Of a stretch of 64,000 bases of DNA, positions 13,071 to 26,121 are shown one piece after another. The first letter of the stretch is position 1, and each line of letters opens with the position of its first letter. The notes under the pieces are model-generated. The model was not told the origin of the DNA. It worked only from the letters and a program-made list of their open reading frames with translations, and ran no database searches. Where the stretch lies: the NCBI RefSeq assembly GCF_009914755.1, contig NC_060931.1; one strand, 5' to 3'. Source of the DNA: the human T2T-CHM13v2.0 reference genome, Homo sapiens. Position numbers and translations under genes: made by a program.

Positions 13071-14829
13071 CAAGCAAGTCCCAGAGCAATGTTCAATTGT
13101 ACTATGGTTTAGTCAAACTAAAGTTCCAAAATTCAGTGAGTAAATTCTTTGATTCTCAGAATGTCTGGGCACTGAACACAGTAGCTGAATTTGAATAAAA
13201 ATATGCAAAGAGACCAATAATGACACCTCACATAAGAAATACCTATGTGTGCCACTGTCTTGGAGAAGCACCCCTGACACCTGCACATACAGATGGCCTA
13301 ACTGGGCACCCTGAAAACTGACAGACTTGGTATTTGGCAGGTGAACCATCAAGAAAATTCCATAAACACAAACTTCTGCCCATGAAAACATAGCTCTTCA
13401 TAACATTTACAGATACTGGGGGGAAAAAATCACACTAAAAATCACAGTGAAAGGCTAAACACCACCACTCAAGTAAAGAATGAAGTACTTGCATGCCTTT
13501 CTCCCAACATGCACATAATAGAAAAAGAATTTGTAAGACAGTTGATGACTAGGATCATTATGGAATGTAAAATAATGAAACATTGTAAGTATAGCTCTTA
13601 GGGAGCAGCCTTTAAAATGGGTTCCACTGGCTTGGTGCTATCCAAGCAGAAAAGGCAAGCTTACCTGACTATCTCTACTCTTCCATAAGCCAATAACCCT
13701 TTAAACATATTTGTCACTCAGTCTCTTTAAAATATTTTGCCAGGGATTTTTCTTACCCTCTCCCCTAAGGGCAGAAATGAGAACTATTACTGTGTTATCT
13801 TTAATGATAATTATTCTGACATACATATATTTTAACATATGAATCCTTTAGATTTTTATCCTACCCATTTTTGAGATTTTCAGGGACCAGTAAGCAAAAC
13901 AATATTCCTCTTTCTCTCCTAATTTGGAACCAACTGTGTGATGGATAAATAAAAGATCAAAATGCCAGCTTTATTACTAATAAAGTTGATCAAAGAACAT
14001 GACTCAGAGGTACCACCACAGTAAGCCCCCTAATACCTTCTAATACTCCTGAATTTAACAATTGCCAGATGCTCTCTGAGAGGAGACCCTAGCCTGAAAG
14101 CTCACTGAATACAGAAGCAGAGAATGTGTCCAGCAGACAGGAGCCAGAAGGATGATCTGAGCACCATCATTTCCTTCTCTGAAACTCAACTATCAGAGAA
14201 GTCACTCCTCCTGCCCTGGAAAGGGCAAATGATGAGGTGGAGAGAAGCAGGGGCATGTCTTCCTCACATGGTTTTCCCTCCTGGAGAGCAGAGTAGAAAT
14301 GATCTCCCTCTATGAGAACATGGAGTTGAGAATAAATATTCTTGCATCTTACCCTTCAAAGTTGGGCAAGGGAACTAATTTTATCTACAGTCAGAGAACT
14401 GGATTTCTACCTATCATCTATGTACACTTCATTTTTTCATTATTCCTTATATACATGAATGAGGTAGCTGGTGGCTATTGGGCACAGAGAGAGGCAGACA
14501 GGTTTGACACGTGCACCCTCTACCCTTAGCTTGTTGAATTTAGCTAATAATCTAACTTCTCAGAATCTAATTTTCTTACATGAAAAGGGATTATACATAC
14601 TTACCTCCTAGAGTTAGAATTAAATGGAAATAAATGTGAAAGGACTGGCATACAGGTACTGAGTTGATACCATTTTTTTCCCTTCTCTAAGTCTTATTCA
14701 GTACTAGTTTAGAAATTAAAATCTGTATGAAATCAAACCCTGTAAGTTTTTTCCAGACCCTGCCACTTGGTTGATCTCTTGATAGTCACTGAGACTAAAC
14801 ATCCGGCTTTTCTGGCCTTTAAAAAAATT

Positions 14830-15209
14830 TTTTAAGTAGACTTTATTTTTTAAGCAGCTTTGGGTTCTCAGTAGAATTGGACAGAAAACACAGAGAATTC
14901 TCATATACTTCGATCTCCCCCACAGTACAGTTTCTCCCACTAACAATGTCTTTCACGCTGCTTGCACTGCAGTGGTACATTGATTATTCTTCCATGAACC
15001 TTTTCTGACACATCATTATCTCCCAAAGTCCACAGTTTACAAAAAAAGGTCACTCTTAATGTTGTACATTCTAGGGGTACATTCTATTGACACACATACA
15101 ATGAATGACATGTATCCACCATTATAGTATCATACAGAGGAGTTTTGGTGCCTTAAAGATCCTCTGTGCTCCACCTAGTCATCTCCCCCTCCCCCAGCCC
15201 CTGGCAACC
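14830..15209 (-). mobile_element. L1MC-type 3' terminal segment
   Basis: The minus strand reads TGGTTGCCAGGGGCTGGGG...GAGCACAGAGGAT...CTGTATGATACTATAATGGTGGATACATGTCATT...AATAAAGTCTACTTAA. Confidence 0.75.
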
Positions 15210-15443
15210 ATACAATGAAATCTTATTCAGCCTTAAAAAAGAATGTCCTGCCACTTGCAGCAACATGGATAAAACTGGGGGGCATTGTGCTATACGAAAT
15301 AAGCCAGACACAGAAAGAAGGAGACTGCATGATCTCACTTACACATGGAATCTAAAAAAGTTGAATACATAGAAACAGAGAGAAGAATGGTGGTTACTGG
15401 GGTGGGCAGTTGGGGAAATGGGGAGAAACTGGTCAAAATGTAT

Positions 15444-15862
15444 CCAGAAATCACCCCTGAAGAACTTATCCAGCTGAGCGTGATGGCTCACACCTGTAAT
15501 CCCAGCACTTTGGGAGGCCGAAGTGGGTGGATCACTTGAGGCCGGGAGGTACAAACCAGCCTGCCCAACATGGTGAAACTCCGTCTCTACTAAAAACCTC
15601 CAAATTATCCTGGTGTGGTGGCATGCCCCTGTAATCCCAGCTACTTGGGAGGCTGAGGCACGAGAATGGCTTGAATCTAGGAGGTGGGGGTTACAGTGAG
15701 CCGAGTCCACACCACTGCACTCTAGCCTGGGCAACAGAGCAAGACTCTGTCTCAAAACAAACAAACAAACAAACAAACAAACAAAACAACTTAAAAGAAG
15801 TTATCCATGTAACCAAACACCATCTCATCCCCAAAACCCTATTGAAATAAAAATAATAAAAA
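15444..15862 (+). mobile_element. Very short L1PB-type 3' end, split by an Alu
   Basis: CAGAAATCACCCCTGAAGAACTTATCC / ATGTAACCAAACACCATCTCATCCCCAAAACCCTATTGAAATAAAA matches the L1PB terminus. Confidence 0.7.
15472..15794 (+). mobile_element. Full-length Alu (Sz/Jb-like) with (AAAC)n tail
   Basis: Dimeric Alu. TSD AAGAACTTATCC (15460-15471) / AAGAAGTTATCC (15795-15806). Confidence 0.95.
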
Positions 15863-16204
15863 TTTTAAATTAATTTGAACTAAAAGAAATCAACAAAAAT
15901 GCACAATGCCACAGTAATAAAAACTTGTATCTTCTCTAGAACAAAAAAAAAGTATAAAGCTGCAGTTATGTAGAATGAGTAAGTCTAGAGATGTAATGTA
16001 TAGCATGATACAGTTAATAATCCAGTGCTGTATACTGGAAATTTGCTGAGAGAGTAGATTTTAGGTGTTCTCACCACATACATGCTTAAAAATAATTACT
16101 ATGTAAGGAGATGGATATGTTAATTAGTTATCATTCACTGTGTATATGCATATCAAAACATCACGTTTTATACCTTAATTATTAAAAAATTTATATAAAA
16201 ACTT

Positions 16205-16797
16205 TAAATGCATATATACAGATGGCAAATAAGCACATGAAAAGGTGTCCAACATGATATGTCATCAGGGAATTGGAAATGAAAACAAGTTACCACTACA
16301 TAACTATTGGAATAGCAAAAAGCTGACAACTCAAAATGCTGGAAAGGATGTAAAGCAATAGGAAGTTTCATTCATTGCTGGTAGAAATGCAAAATGGCAC
16401 GGCCACTTTGGAAGACAATTTGGCAGTTTCTTTCAAAACTAAACATACTCTTGCTATATGATCCAGCAATGGTGCTCCTTGGTATCTAACGAAATGAACT
16501 GAAAACTTATGTCCACACCAAAACCAGCACATAGATATTTATAGCAGCTTTATTTATAGTTGCTAAAACATGAAAGTAGCCAAGACGTCCTTGAGCAGAT
16601 GAATAGATTTAGTAAACTGTGGTACATACATACAATGAAATGTTACTCAGCACTAAAAAGAAATGAAATTTCAAGCCATAGAAAGACATAGAGAAACCTT
16701 AATATTACTAAGTGAAGGAAGCCAGTCTGAAAAGGCTATCTACTGTATGATTCCAACTATATGACATTCTGGATATACACAAAACTACGGAGACAGT
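16205..16797 (+). mobile_element. L1MC-type fragment (end of ORF2 and start of 3' UTR)
   Basis: ATACAGATGGCAAATAAGCACATGAAAAG...ACTTATGTCCACACCAAAACC...AAAACTACGGAGACAGT. Confidence 0.8.
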
Positions 16798-17099
16798 TTT
16801 GTTTTAGTGCCGATTAAAGATTCCTTAAAAAAATGTATCTTCCATTATTATCAAATGGTACTTAAATGCGATCATCATATATTCCTATTTTTGAGTTAAG
16901 ACATTTAGGATATTAAGCTTGGAAAAAACCAATAAGACAAAACATCATCACAAAACAAAATCCCCAGCCTCCTAGGGATTCTACCACAGTATATGACTAT
17001 TGCTATTATCACCTTGGAAGAAAGTTTCCAGGTTTACTTAGAAGAAAATAAGGAAAGTGTAAGAATGTTTTGATTATGAGATGAAGACCCCGTAGAATC

Positions 17100-17335
17100 A
17101 TACATATGAGTTAAAAGAAACTTTTAGCTCCAACCCCTTCATTAAATATAAATAAATAACGAATACATATATTCATTAATAATAATGAATTAATTAATAA
17201 ATAATGACTAGATATATACACACACATACAGGGAAACTAAGACAAAGAATACCTAAATGACTTGCCCACAGTTTTACATTTAGTTAGCAATTGGGCCTGG
17301 TCCAGTCTTTGACTTCTGGCTCACTGCTCTTTCCT
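17100..17335 (-). mobile_element. MIR fragment with AT-rich interruption
   Basis: GGGAAACTAAGACAAAG...AAATGACTTGCCCACAG...GACTTCTGGCTCACTGCTCTTTCC. Confidence 0.55.
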
Positions 17336-18230
17336 CTGGTTCAGATACATGGAGGGAAACAGATGGGGAGATGCAGTGAAGACTCTGGGCAGTCAGGGTG
17401 ATTTAAGACACCAGGTGCTTTCCAAACAAAGAGAATAAGAAAAGGGACAAAAGTGGCTGGAACATGTTGAAGACAAACATTGCAAATTTTATGATGGAGC
17501 CCCAAATGAAATATGCTTTAAGATTATGGCTGAGTTCCTGAGTTTTCTATTTGGACCCCAGCCTTGCTTTTTTTACTGGCCACTACCAAACCAAGCTAGT
17601 AGGTTTTCCTAGCTGTTGACTCAGTATTTGTCACATGATTACAGATTCTCCTACTTAGTGATGATTAAAAGTCTAAAGCAAGATTGGTGTTTTAAAAAAA
17701 TCAGTATCCTATCATGGTTTAAATATAAAGTATTGAGCAAGTGGGCCAGAAACAAGCAAGGGACTTTCTTTCCTATATCAGTAATAATAAACATTGTCAT
17801 AAAATTGAAGTTACATCCTCTCTTGAGGGCAAGATACTGTGCTGACAGTGCTTTTTACTTAACAGCCCTAACAACCAACTCAAGCATAAGCATAGCAGCC
17901 ATAAAGAAACATCTGCTGAACCAGAAATGTAGAGACAAATGAAATTTGTGACAAAAAGAGAAGATGGCACTGGATGCACAGTCAATCTGGGATTCAGGTC
18001 CATATCCTGCTTTTTAACCCCAGAGCTGATGCCTTGTACAACTGAACCAGGGAATCACACTAAGATTTTTGTCATACATCTGGGAACTGAATAGAAATCA
18101 ATCAACATTTAGAAACCAGCTACTAAATCCCAGGCTCTGGGATACAGAGAAGGAGAAAGCAACTTTCTTACCCCCAAGGAGAGCATTATACAAAGCAATG
18201 CTTGCCTTGCAGTAGGACAGAGATAGGTGG

Positions 18231-18602
18231 TGATATGGTTTGGCTGTGTCCCCACCCAAATCTGATCTTGAATTGTAGTTCCCATAATCTCCACGTGTTG
18301 GGAGAAGGACGTGGTGGAAGGTAATTGAATCATCAGGGCGGTTACTCTCATGCTCTTCTTGTGATAGTGAGTGAGTTCTCACGAAATCTGATGGTTTTAT
18401 AAGGGGCCTTCCCCTTTCACTCTCATTTCTTCCTGCTGCCACCATGTGAAGAAGGATGTGTTTGTTTCTCCTTCCACCATGATTATAAGCTTCCGGAGGC
18501 CTCCCAGCCATGCTAAACTATGAGTCAATTACACCTCTTTCCTTTATAAATTACCCAGTCTTGGGCATGTCTTTATTAGCAGCATGAGAAAGAACTAATA
18601 CA
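18231..18602 (+). mobile_element. THE1C-like MaLR solo LTR
   Basis: TGATATGGTTTGGCTGTGTCCCCACCCAAATC...TTATTAGCAGCATGAGAAAGAACTAATACA. 5-bp TSD GGTGG/GATGG with one mismatch. Confidence 0.92.
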
Positions 18603-19804
18603 GATGGACTCAGAACTCATCCAGTGCTCCACCTGGATGCCAAGCTTCAGAGAGGTAAAGCACTGTAGAGAGGTAAAGAAATGAGTTCAAGGCAGAAATA
18701 GAACTCTATCTTCTTGCTTCCTCGCCCAGTGCCCTTTCCAACACAACAATTCAAAATGGTATGTTATTTTACTATCTTTTCTTGTCTTCATTATTCAAAA
18801 TCTTTGTTTCTGACTTTTAGAAAGAGATTTTCTAACAAAAACTCTCCAGTTAAATATTATTGGACCAAGTTCTCATCCTATGGTAACTTAAAACACAATC
18901 TCAATTTCTTTCAAATACTAAGAATATACACTATATTATGTTATTTCATAGACTACTTTTCTGGAATATAGTTTTTCCTTTTTGGAAGAGGAAACAGTTT
19001 AAGCTAGATAAGGAAGAACTCAGATTTCACATACCAACAAAAATCTTTGTATTACAACCCACAGCTCTGCTTACCTAGAAAGCAAGACCTGCAAGATCAC
19101 AGGTGAAAAGATAGGGTTCCTTCTTTCAATACTTGGTTAATTAACCAAGGATATCTACAAGGTGTTAGCCGAACACTCCAGAAAATATCACATTTACAAT
19201 GCATACAAAGTATAGCTAAATGCCTTTGCCTACATTAGCCAGCCATTTATTGCTTATTGCGACCTCAGCAAGTATTGAGTTGATTCATTGTAAGCCTCTG
19301 GTTTGTAGAGCAAAGGCAGCAAAAAGTAAATCAGAACTCCCCACTTCCAAGAAGAGTGCCAGTTTCATTTTCCTGACTACCTATGAGTAAACAACTCCTA
19401 TGTAAGTACTAAAATGCAGGATCTATGGAACTTTGATTCTCAATTTAAAAGGTAAAGAGCAAGGTGATCTTTCATGATCCTTTTCCTCAGGAAGCAACAG
19501 TTCTGTCTTTGCTTCTGTCTCAGAAAATAAAAAAAAAATGCTATGAAATTTAAATTATTATTACCTTATTTCACAAACTGAAAGTCTAAGTGAAATAAAA
19601 ATCCTGAATGAAACATTTCACCCCATTTGACTCCTCATCAAAATTACACAGTAGAACATATGTGTAGTAGAGGAGCTTTAAGGAAGAAATAATATTGGTT
19701 TTAAGTGTCTACCTTTATTCAAGAATAAATTATTAATGGAAAAAAGTTTTAATTTTTAGGTTGAATTAAAGCATGCTTTCAATATCATCTTCCCTTCTCC
19801 CTGA

Positions 19805-19913
19805 TGTAATTAACCAATTCAGCAGATAAAATTCATCTTATGTTGAAACATGCATTTAAATGAAGTCTGAAAAATAATTAACTAAGAGAAGAGGCAATTA
19901 GACAACACGTTTC
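19805..19913 (+). repeat. Diverged direct repeat A, copy 1
   Basis: Aligns to 20546-20655 with about 16 differences in about 110 bp by manual count. Confidence 0.9.
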
Positions 19914-20545
19914 TGTTGTGCCACAGCAAGTTCGTGCTTGTAAGTGTGAGCACACTGGGTACTAGTATAAGAATATCTGCCATTCTAAATACCTATATTA
20001 TTCACTGGGAACTGATTACTTTATTCACATGCTATTTATTGGTTCCCTGCTATATGGAAGACACTGCTAGTCCCTAGAGGAGAGTTGAAAAGTTATAAAC
20101 TAATCCCTGATATCCTAGAAGTTGAAATCTGCTAACAGAAAGAAAACACATGAAGGATCGCAGTGCATGACAGTATAAAATAAGTGTCATGTCAGCATCA
20201 AGAAGTGATAAATAACCTAAAAATCAGTTGTTTTGAAATGGATCTTGCATTGTGCCCATGAAAAATTAAATGATGTAGAAGAAGGATTTGAAGAATAACT
20301 ATTCTGCCTGATAATAACAGAAGGGCAAACAATGGTTATTAACACAAAAGAAATGCCAAAGTATAAGAAAAGGTACGAGATGTGCAATTAATCACAAAGC
20401 CATAAGAATCTTACAGCGGTCATATAGTTTATATATAACTTTTATTTATCAAAATATAAAATATTTTCTTCTTTGTGATTCTAATCACACTAGGACACAA
20501 TTACAGGAAAAAAAAGAAAAGCACAAAATATTAAAATCTAGGCAC

Positions 20546-20655
20546 TGTGATTAACTAATTCAAACAGATAAAATTCATCTTATTTCAAAACATTCAAATA
20601 AATGAAGTTTCAAAAATAATCAACTAAGAGAAGAGGCAATCATACAACACATTTC
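20546..20655 (+). repeat. Diverged direct repeat A, copy 2
   Basis: Shares the blocks CAGATAAAATTCATCTTAT and AACTAAGAGAAGAGGCAAT with 19805-19913. Confidence 0.9.
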
Positions 20656-23600
20656 CGAGGAACATTTACTATGTGCTTGGCATCATGAAAGGCACAAAGA
20701 AGAAATCAGAAGGGAAGCTTTTTGAAGGAAGAGAATATACCTCATTCACAATTTTATCCACAGTGCCCATACTACCTGACTCATAGGAGATCATCAACTA
20801 ATATTTTTAAAGAGATAAACTTAGACGGATGAATGATTGAATAAACAAATGAAGGAGAGAATCTCTAACTTTTGGCATTCATATTAGTAACATATTCATT
20901 CTAGTTCTAGAAAAACGTTATACCAATTTGTAATAGAAAATTGAGATTAATGCTAGAAAACTAAATTTAAAGCCAAATAGGAAGAAAGCGGGGGTGGAGG
21001 GGAATACTAAGATCTGAGGAAAGATGGTGACTTCAATTGAACATTATATTTATTTCTGAGTTTTCTACTAGTTAAGGAAAAAGAGAAGCAATTACTTTTT
21101 CAGTTCTTATTATCTGATTAAAGGGAAACATCTCCACAAACAGACGTTTTTTATCTGGAAGTATAAGAGAAATTTACATATAGAAACATACATATAAAAA
21201 TTTATATATAAGGAACTCTGTGATTAATGGGCAATGACATCAATAGCCTCTTGCAGATAATATAGAAAGGCTTTTCATGTGGTCCTTTGTTTTGCTGACT
21301 TTTGATAAAAACTAAAACAATGGTAATACGCTGTAACTCAAATAAGGCATTTTATGTCAGTTAAGCTTGTTGTTTTCTAGTGATTTACCGAATTATAAAT
21401 AAATTTTGAAAAAAATGTAAAGGAATAAGTGAACACTGCCAATCTCAAATACCAGTTATCTCCCTTTGATACTATTAGCCCGAGCTGGGTAGTAGTCAAC
21501 TTAACATTGAGGTCTTTACAAAGAATGCCTAGAGTATGGACTCCTTCGCCTGCTAACTGCATGCTTACCATATGTATATCTAGAAGCTTAGAACCAAAAA
21601 CTGAAGAATTAAATTTGAGGGTGCTAAAACCAGTTTTTGAAAGGGTGACTCCTTCACTAAAACCAAGTGAAAGGGGACTTTAAATTGAAGAAAAATTAAA
21701 TGAATGATGTGCCTTTTTTCTGAAACTCAAGTCAGGACATATTTGTAGACTAATTGACTGAGTATATTATAAAATGAATTTAGATTGTAAAGTTGTTTTT
21801 AAAAGAAAGAGGATAAAATTATCTTCTATTTTTATATCATTGAATTTGTTTTTGGAAGCATGTCATGTAATATATAGATTACCACATCCTTTGCATTTAA
21901 CATATGATTGCCCAAATACTTTAGTAAAGGGAAACATACTGGAGTCACATTTACTCGAGGAACTACAGTATATAATTTCTGGAAGAAAAGATCAAAGATG
22001 ACAATTTATCATTTTTATTTACCGCTAGTCATTTTATTTCTCAAATAAAGACGGAAAATGTTCAGTGGTAGCCTTTTCAGGCAAAGTCAAGACAGCCTAG
22101 GCCAAGCAGATGGGTGATTCACTGGCAATATCGATGGTTTTGTCTGAATTACGAATTCCACTGGTTGAGGCTTTGCTTCAGTTCACCCATAGAGTCTCTA
22201 ACATAACCAGCTTTGCAGTGATGTAGGCCTGTCCAGCTCTACTGTAAATCACTCCATGACAATGAGGGTGAATTCTGAAATTCATTTCCATAAATGTTCC
22301 CTGAAGTGGTACCATAAATTTTAACACAAAATTGACCTTAAAGATTTGCTAAAATATTAAATGCATGTGTAAAATATTTATTAATCTTTTCTTCATTATT
22401 TCAAAGTCATTCTGTTCAAATGGAATTCATGCACTTGAAAGAAGAATTGATAGCTTTTTTAATCTTTTTCATTTATAAATTTCTAGTTTGTTGTTGCTGT
22501 ACATTCTATAAACAAAATATTTAACTAATAGAGAAGATCATTAGGAAGTGTGAGAAAGTATCAAGAGGGAAGTCTGCAGGAATAGATACAACAATTGGAG
22601 TATTAGAAATACTTTGAGAATGAATGACAATACAGAGAGCAAATTATCAAGCTCCCCTCCCGCCCAAAGCTGAATGGCATGTCCATCTCATTTAATGATG
22701 TATGTCTTCTGTTATAAGCTAATTTTCAGGGTTTTCCATGAATCTGCAGAGAATTTTTGAATGGCCAAGAAAAGAGAACAAAACCAGAAAATATGCAGAT
22801 ACACATTAAACAACAAAAGGATCACATCAATAAACATTCATGAAGTGCTTCCCTATGTGCACACCTGCCAACTCTTTGAGAAGTTATAAGAAGAAGGAAT
22901 CATAGTTTCTTCCCAAAAAGTTAATATGCTGGTTTGAATGAAAATATATGGATGTAGATAACACTATTTTTTCCTTATAACAAATTTTCCTTAAGATGAT
23001 GCTTTTACAAATATATTATCACAGCATTTTTATTCATTGTGGCAAAGGACATGCGCACATTTTCTTGAAAACAGTGACAGGTTAGCATCATTTGACCCTA
23101 TCCAGGTTACTATTTTAAGGTTCATATACCTAGATATATAATAGACAATCATAACTTCTTTACAGGGTACATTTGGTAAGGGCAGATGCCAATAATGTAG
23201 GATGAAGAAGTGGCTCCAAGATGAGTCTACTCTATTCCACAAGTCTTAGTCAGATATCTCATAAATGGGGGCCACTGTTCACAATGGGTACCTTCATCAG
23301 AAATGTGGATCAGGCACTAAAAACAAAAAAATTAAAAACCCTAATCAAATCAAACAAACCAAAGCACATGACTTACAGCCCATGGTTTAGTAGATTCATT
23401 TTTATACATGGATGGCAGCATACTGTTATCTGTGATTGTTTTTAACTCATGACTGCTGTACATAGTTGAAAATGTTTCTACACCTCAGTTTCCACCAGCT
23501 TTCTAGGTCTGACTGGAAAGCCAAAACTACTCATATGCTCTAATATAGAGCCTGCACCTGCTATCTGTTATTTACTTAGCTGCTGTAGTTGTCCCTTTAG

Positions 23601-24642
23601 AGGCATGTTGCTGTTTGAATCTAATATTTTGCTCAAATTGAGCCTTCCCATATACTGCTTGTCTAAATTTTATTTGAACTTCCCATAATAAAAACAAAAG
23701 TATGCTCTCTAGACCTCTGTCTCGAAACTAGATTTTCCAAATATGTGCTTGACTTATACTTTCCTTTGGTCATTGTTCTTATGAGAACTAACTCAGTTGA
23801 CTGAGACACTGAACAATAAGGATTGCCAGAAAACTATAAACAGTGATGCCATATAATAATATCCTAAAAGATGGGTAAGAGGAACATTGACATTCCTATT
23901 TATGCTGTTACAATTCTAGCTAGAATTGGGAATTGATAGGTTTAAGAATGTGAAATCAACTTCACTCTTCAATCATTTCAGTTGTGAACCCTCTGATACT
24001 GAAAAAGGAAGTAGGTCATGGTTAGTCATTCACAGAGAGAGTCCTAACAGGGACATAAATGGAAAATACTGAGGTCATGTACACAGGCACTGGTAAGGTA
24101 TGAATTCCCACTGCTGGCACAACAGAATTGTCGAGGTCTGGAACATGGGGTAACAGATATTGGGTTGGGTGACACAGCTTGCTGAGTTGTAGGATTATTG
24201 CCTTGTATGCCTATCTCTGTGCTGACAGCTATGGGAGGTAGGTGGTAGGAGAAGCAGCAAACTCACAGTTTTAGGATCCTCCTATTTAACAGAGATATCT
24301 CATTCCATATGACAGTGAAGATCACCAAACCTTAGGTATGTCTCCATGAAATACATGGAGCCCGGGGCATACACCTGTACCCTTTACAACATATATTCTT
24401 TGCTGTGTTATGAATGAACCAGAATAGAAGCAAATTTGAACTAAATCCAAGTCATTGATCTTGGTCATCTTTGAATATAGATAAGAATCCTTGGTCTACC
24501 CTAGCAGAAATAGAAATTATGACAATTAAAAGGAAGCTTACATTATTAAAAATCCTCTTCTGAATTTTCATGAAATTAGAGGTCCTGAGGTTAACCTGGT
24601 GGTATGGATTGTATTTCAAAAGGAATTTTTCTTTTAAAGACA

Positions 24643-24660
24643 GTGTGTATGTGTGTATGT

Positions 24661-24703
<43 letters not shown>
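24643..24703. repeat. (TG)n microsatellite with (GTGTAT)-type interrupted start
   Basis: Directly visible. Confidence 0.97.
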
Positions 24704-24704
<1 letters not shown>

Positions 24705-25009
24705 CTGTGTCTGTGTTGGTAAGTACAGCTCTATATTCTTTTTTTAATTATATTTTTCCCTACATTGTTAGGTGGCATTTTTTTGTTTACGTCAAATTAA
24801 TATCCTATACCATTATTATTTTGTAATTTTATTTATAAATGTACTATAAAATACTTAGACTATGAAGAACTCATGTTCTTAGGAAAATAAGCATTCAAAT
24901 ATTGAGAAATATATAATAAAATCATAAGATACGGTCTTCTATTCAGAATATGTATTATTAGCGTCTTCTTTGTTATGGGCCATAAAAACCATTAACTATA
25001 ATAGGTTCT

Positions 25010-25730
25010 TTCAGTCAGTAAGTATTTATTGAACATCTGCTCTCTTTAAAGCACAACTATAAGAACCACGAGAATATAACAGAGTCAAAAAACAAAGTCC
25101 TGACCCTGAGGAACCTGTGCAGAGGATGAAGCAAGAAGATACATACGGAAGGCTGGTGGAGAAATTACAAGGCATTATGGGCACATAGTGCAATGGTTCA
25201 GTACTCATTTCTGGGCCGGTTATCTGTTTAAGGATAACTCTAGGTGTGGTCCCTGCCCTCAGGGAGCTAACAGTCTAGAAGGATAAACACAAATAAATGG
25301 CCATTTTCAATACCACTTGATGTTAAAATAGAAATATGCAAAAGAAGTAGAGATTATAAACACAATTACTAGAAGTCTGTCCAGATCAGCTCCATAGTGG
25401 TTTTATGGAGAATGCCTATTGAAATAGATGAGTTTGTGTCTTAGCCTTGAAGGATGTATAGGATTAGGATAGGTAAAAAGAGCAGTAATGGAGGGGCATA
25501 TTAGGTAGTGGGAACAAAATGGACATAATCTCTGAGATAGGAATGAATAGTAGGAGCTGTGTAGGGGATGGTGAGGATCAGATAGACCAAAGAAGAGAGG
25601 GTTAGGAAGCAGCTGTGAGGTATGAGTTGCAGAGCTTAGAGACAGCCAGTTGATGTCCACTTTGAATATCATCAAACTGCAGAACCTGGACTCAATTTGA
25701 TCTGCCATAGAGAGACACTGAGTGTGGAAT
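25010..25730 (-). mobile_element. L2 fragments
   Basis: TTCAGTCAGTAAGTATTTATTGAACATCTGCT... and CCCTGCCCTCAGGGAGCTAACAGTCTAG are L2 3'-end signatures. Confidence 0.6.
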
Positions 25731-25736
25731 CATTAC

Positions 25737-26118
25737 TGTTGCAGTATGGGGTCTCTGGAAAGGCAGACTCTGAAACAGAATTTAGTGTTTAAGATGTTTA
25801 TAGAGAGTAGGAATCAATGGGATCAATGTGTACACAGGGAGAAGGAGAAAGGAGAATGAGGCTGAGAGGGAAGTCAGTTGACACCACTAGGAGGTCTACC
25901 ACTGAAAGGGGCTGGAAGAATGTCTTGGGTTGGGGTCTTCCTACCTCTGCTGTGGTTAGTCATTGGATGGGGGGAGCTCCAGAAATGGGAGTGACCTTGG
26001 ACCAGGCAGCTCCCTGTAGCCAAGGGCAAGTCCTGATGGGCTGACAGGCTATCCCCTGGGAGCACTCCCAGCAATTGGGAGAAGTCATTCCTTGAAGGAA
26101 CACCTGGGGAGTCAGAGT
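25737..26118 (-). mobile_element. Old ERVL-type LTR (subfamily uncertain)
   Basis: GGGGTCTCTGGAAAGGCAGACTCTGAAACAGAATTTAGTG...GTTTAT resembles a reversed ERVL/MaLR LTR terminus. Confidence 0.55.
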
Positions 26119-26121
26119 TAC

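Larger units (their letters stand above)
15210..16200 (+). mobile_element. L1MA/L1MB-type 3' fragment, split by nested insertions at 15444-15955
   Basis: TACAATGAAATCTTATTCAGCCTTAAAAAAG...GGTCAAAA continues at 15952 with GTATAAAGCTGCAGTTATG...GAGAGTAGATTTTAGGTGTTCTCACCAC. Confidence 0.75.

Noticed and set aside
14595-14612. Strong minus-strand donors GAG|GTAAGT here and CAG|GTAAGT near 44515
   Set aside because: They lie within MIR and L2 remnants and have no convincing partner acceptor.
15339-15776. 145-aa minus-strand ORF and similar ORFs at 35726, 44090, 46882, 54457 and 55577
   Set aside because: These are translations of Alu sequence.
18098-18511. 137-aa ORF, and the ORF at 58684-58869
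   Set aside because: These are antisense translations of THE1 LTRs.
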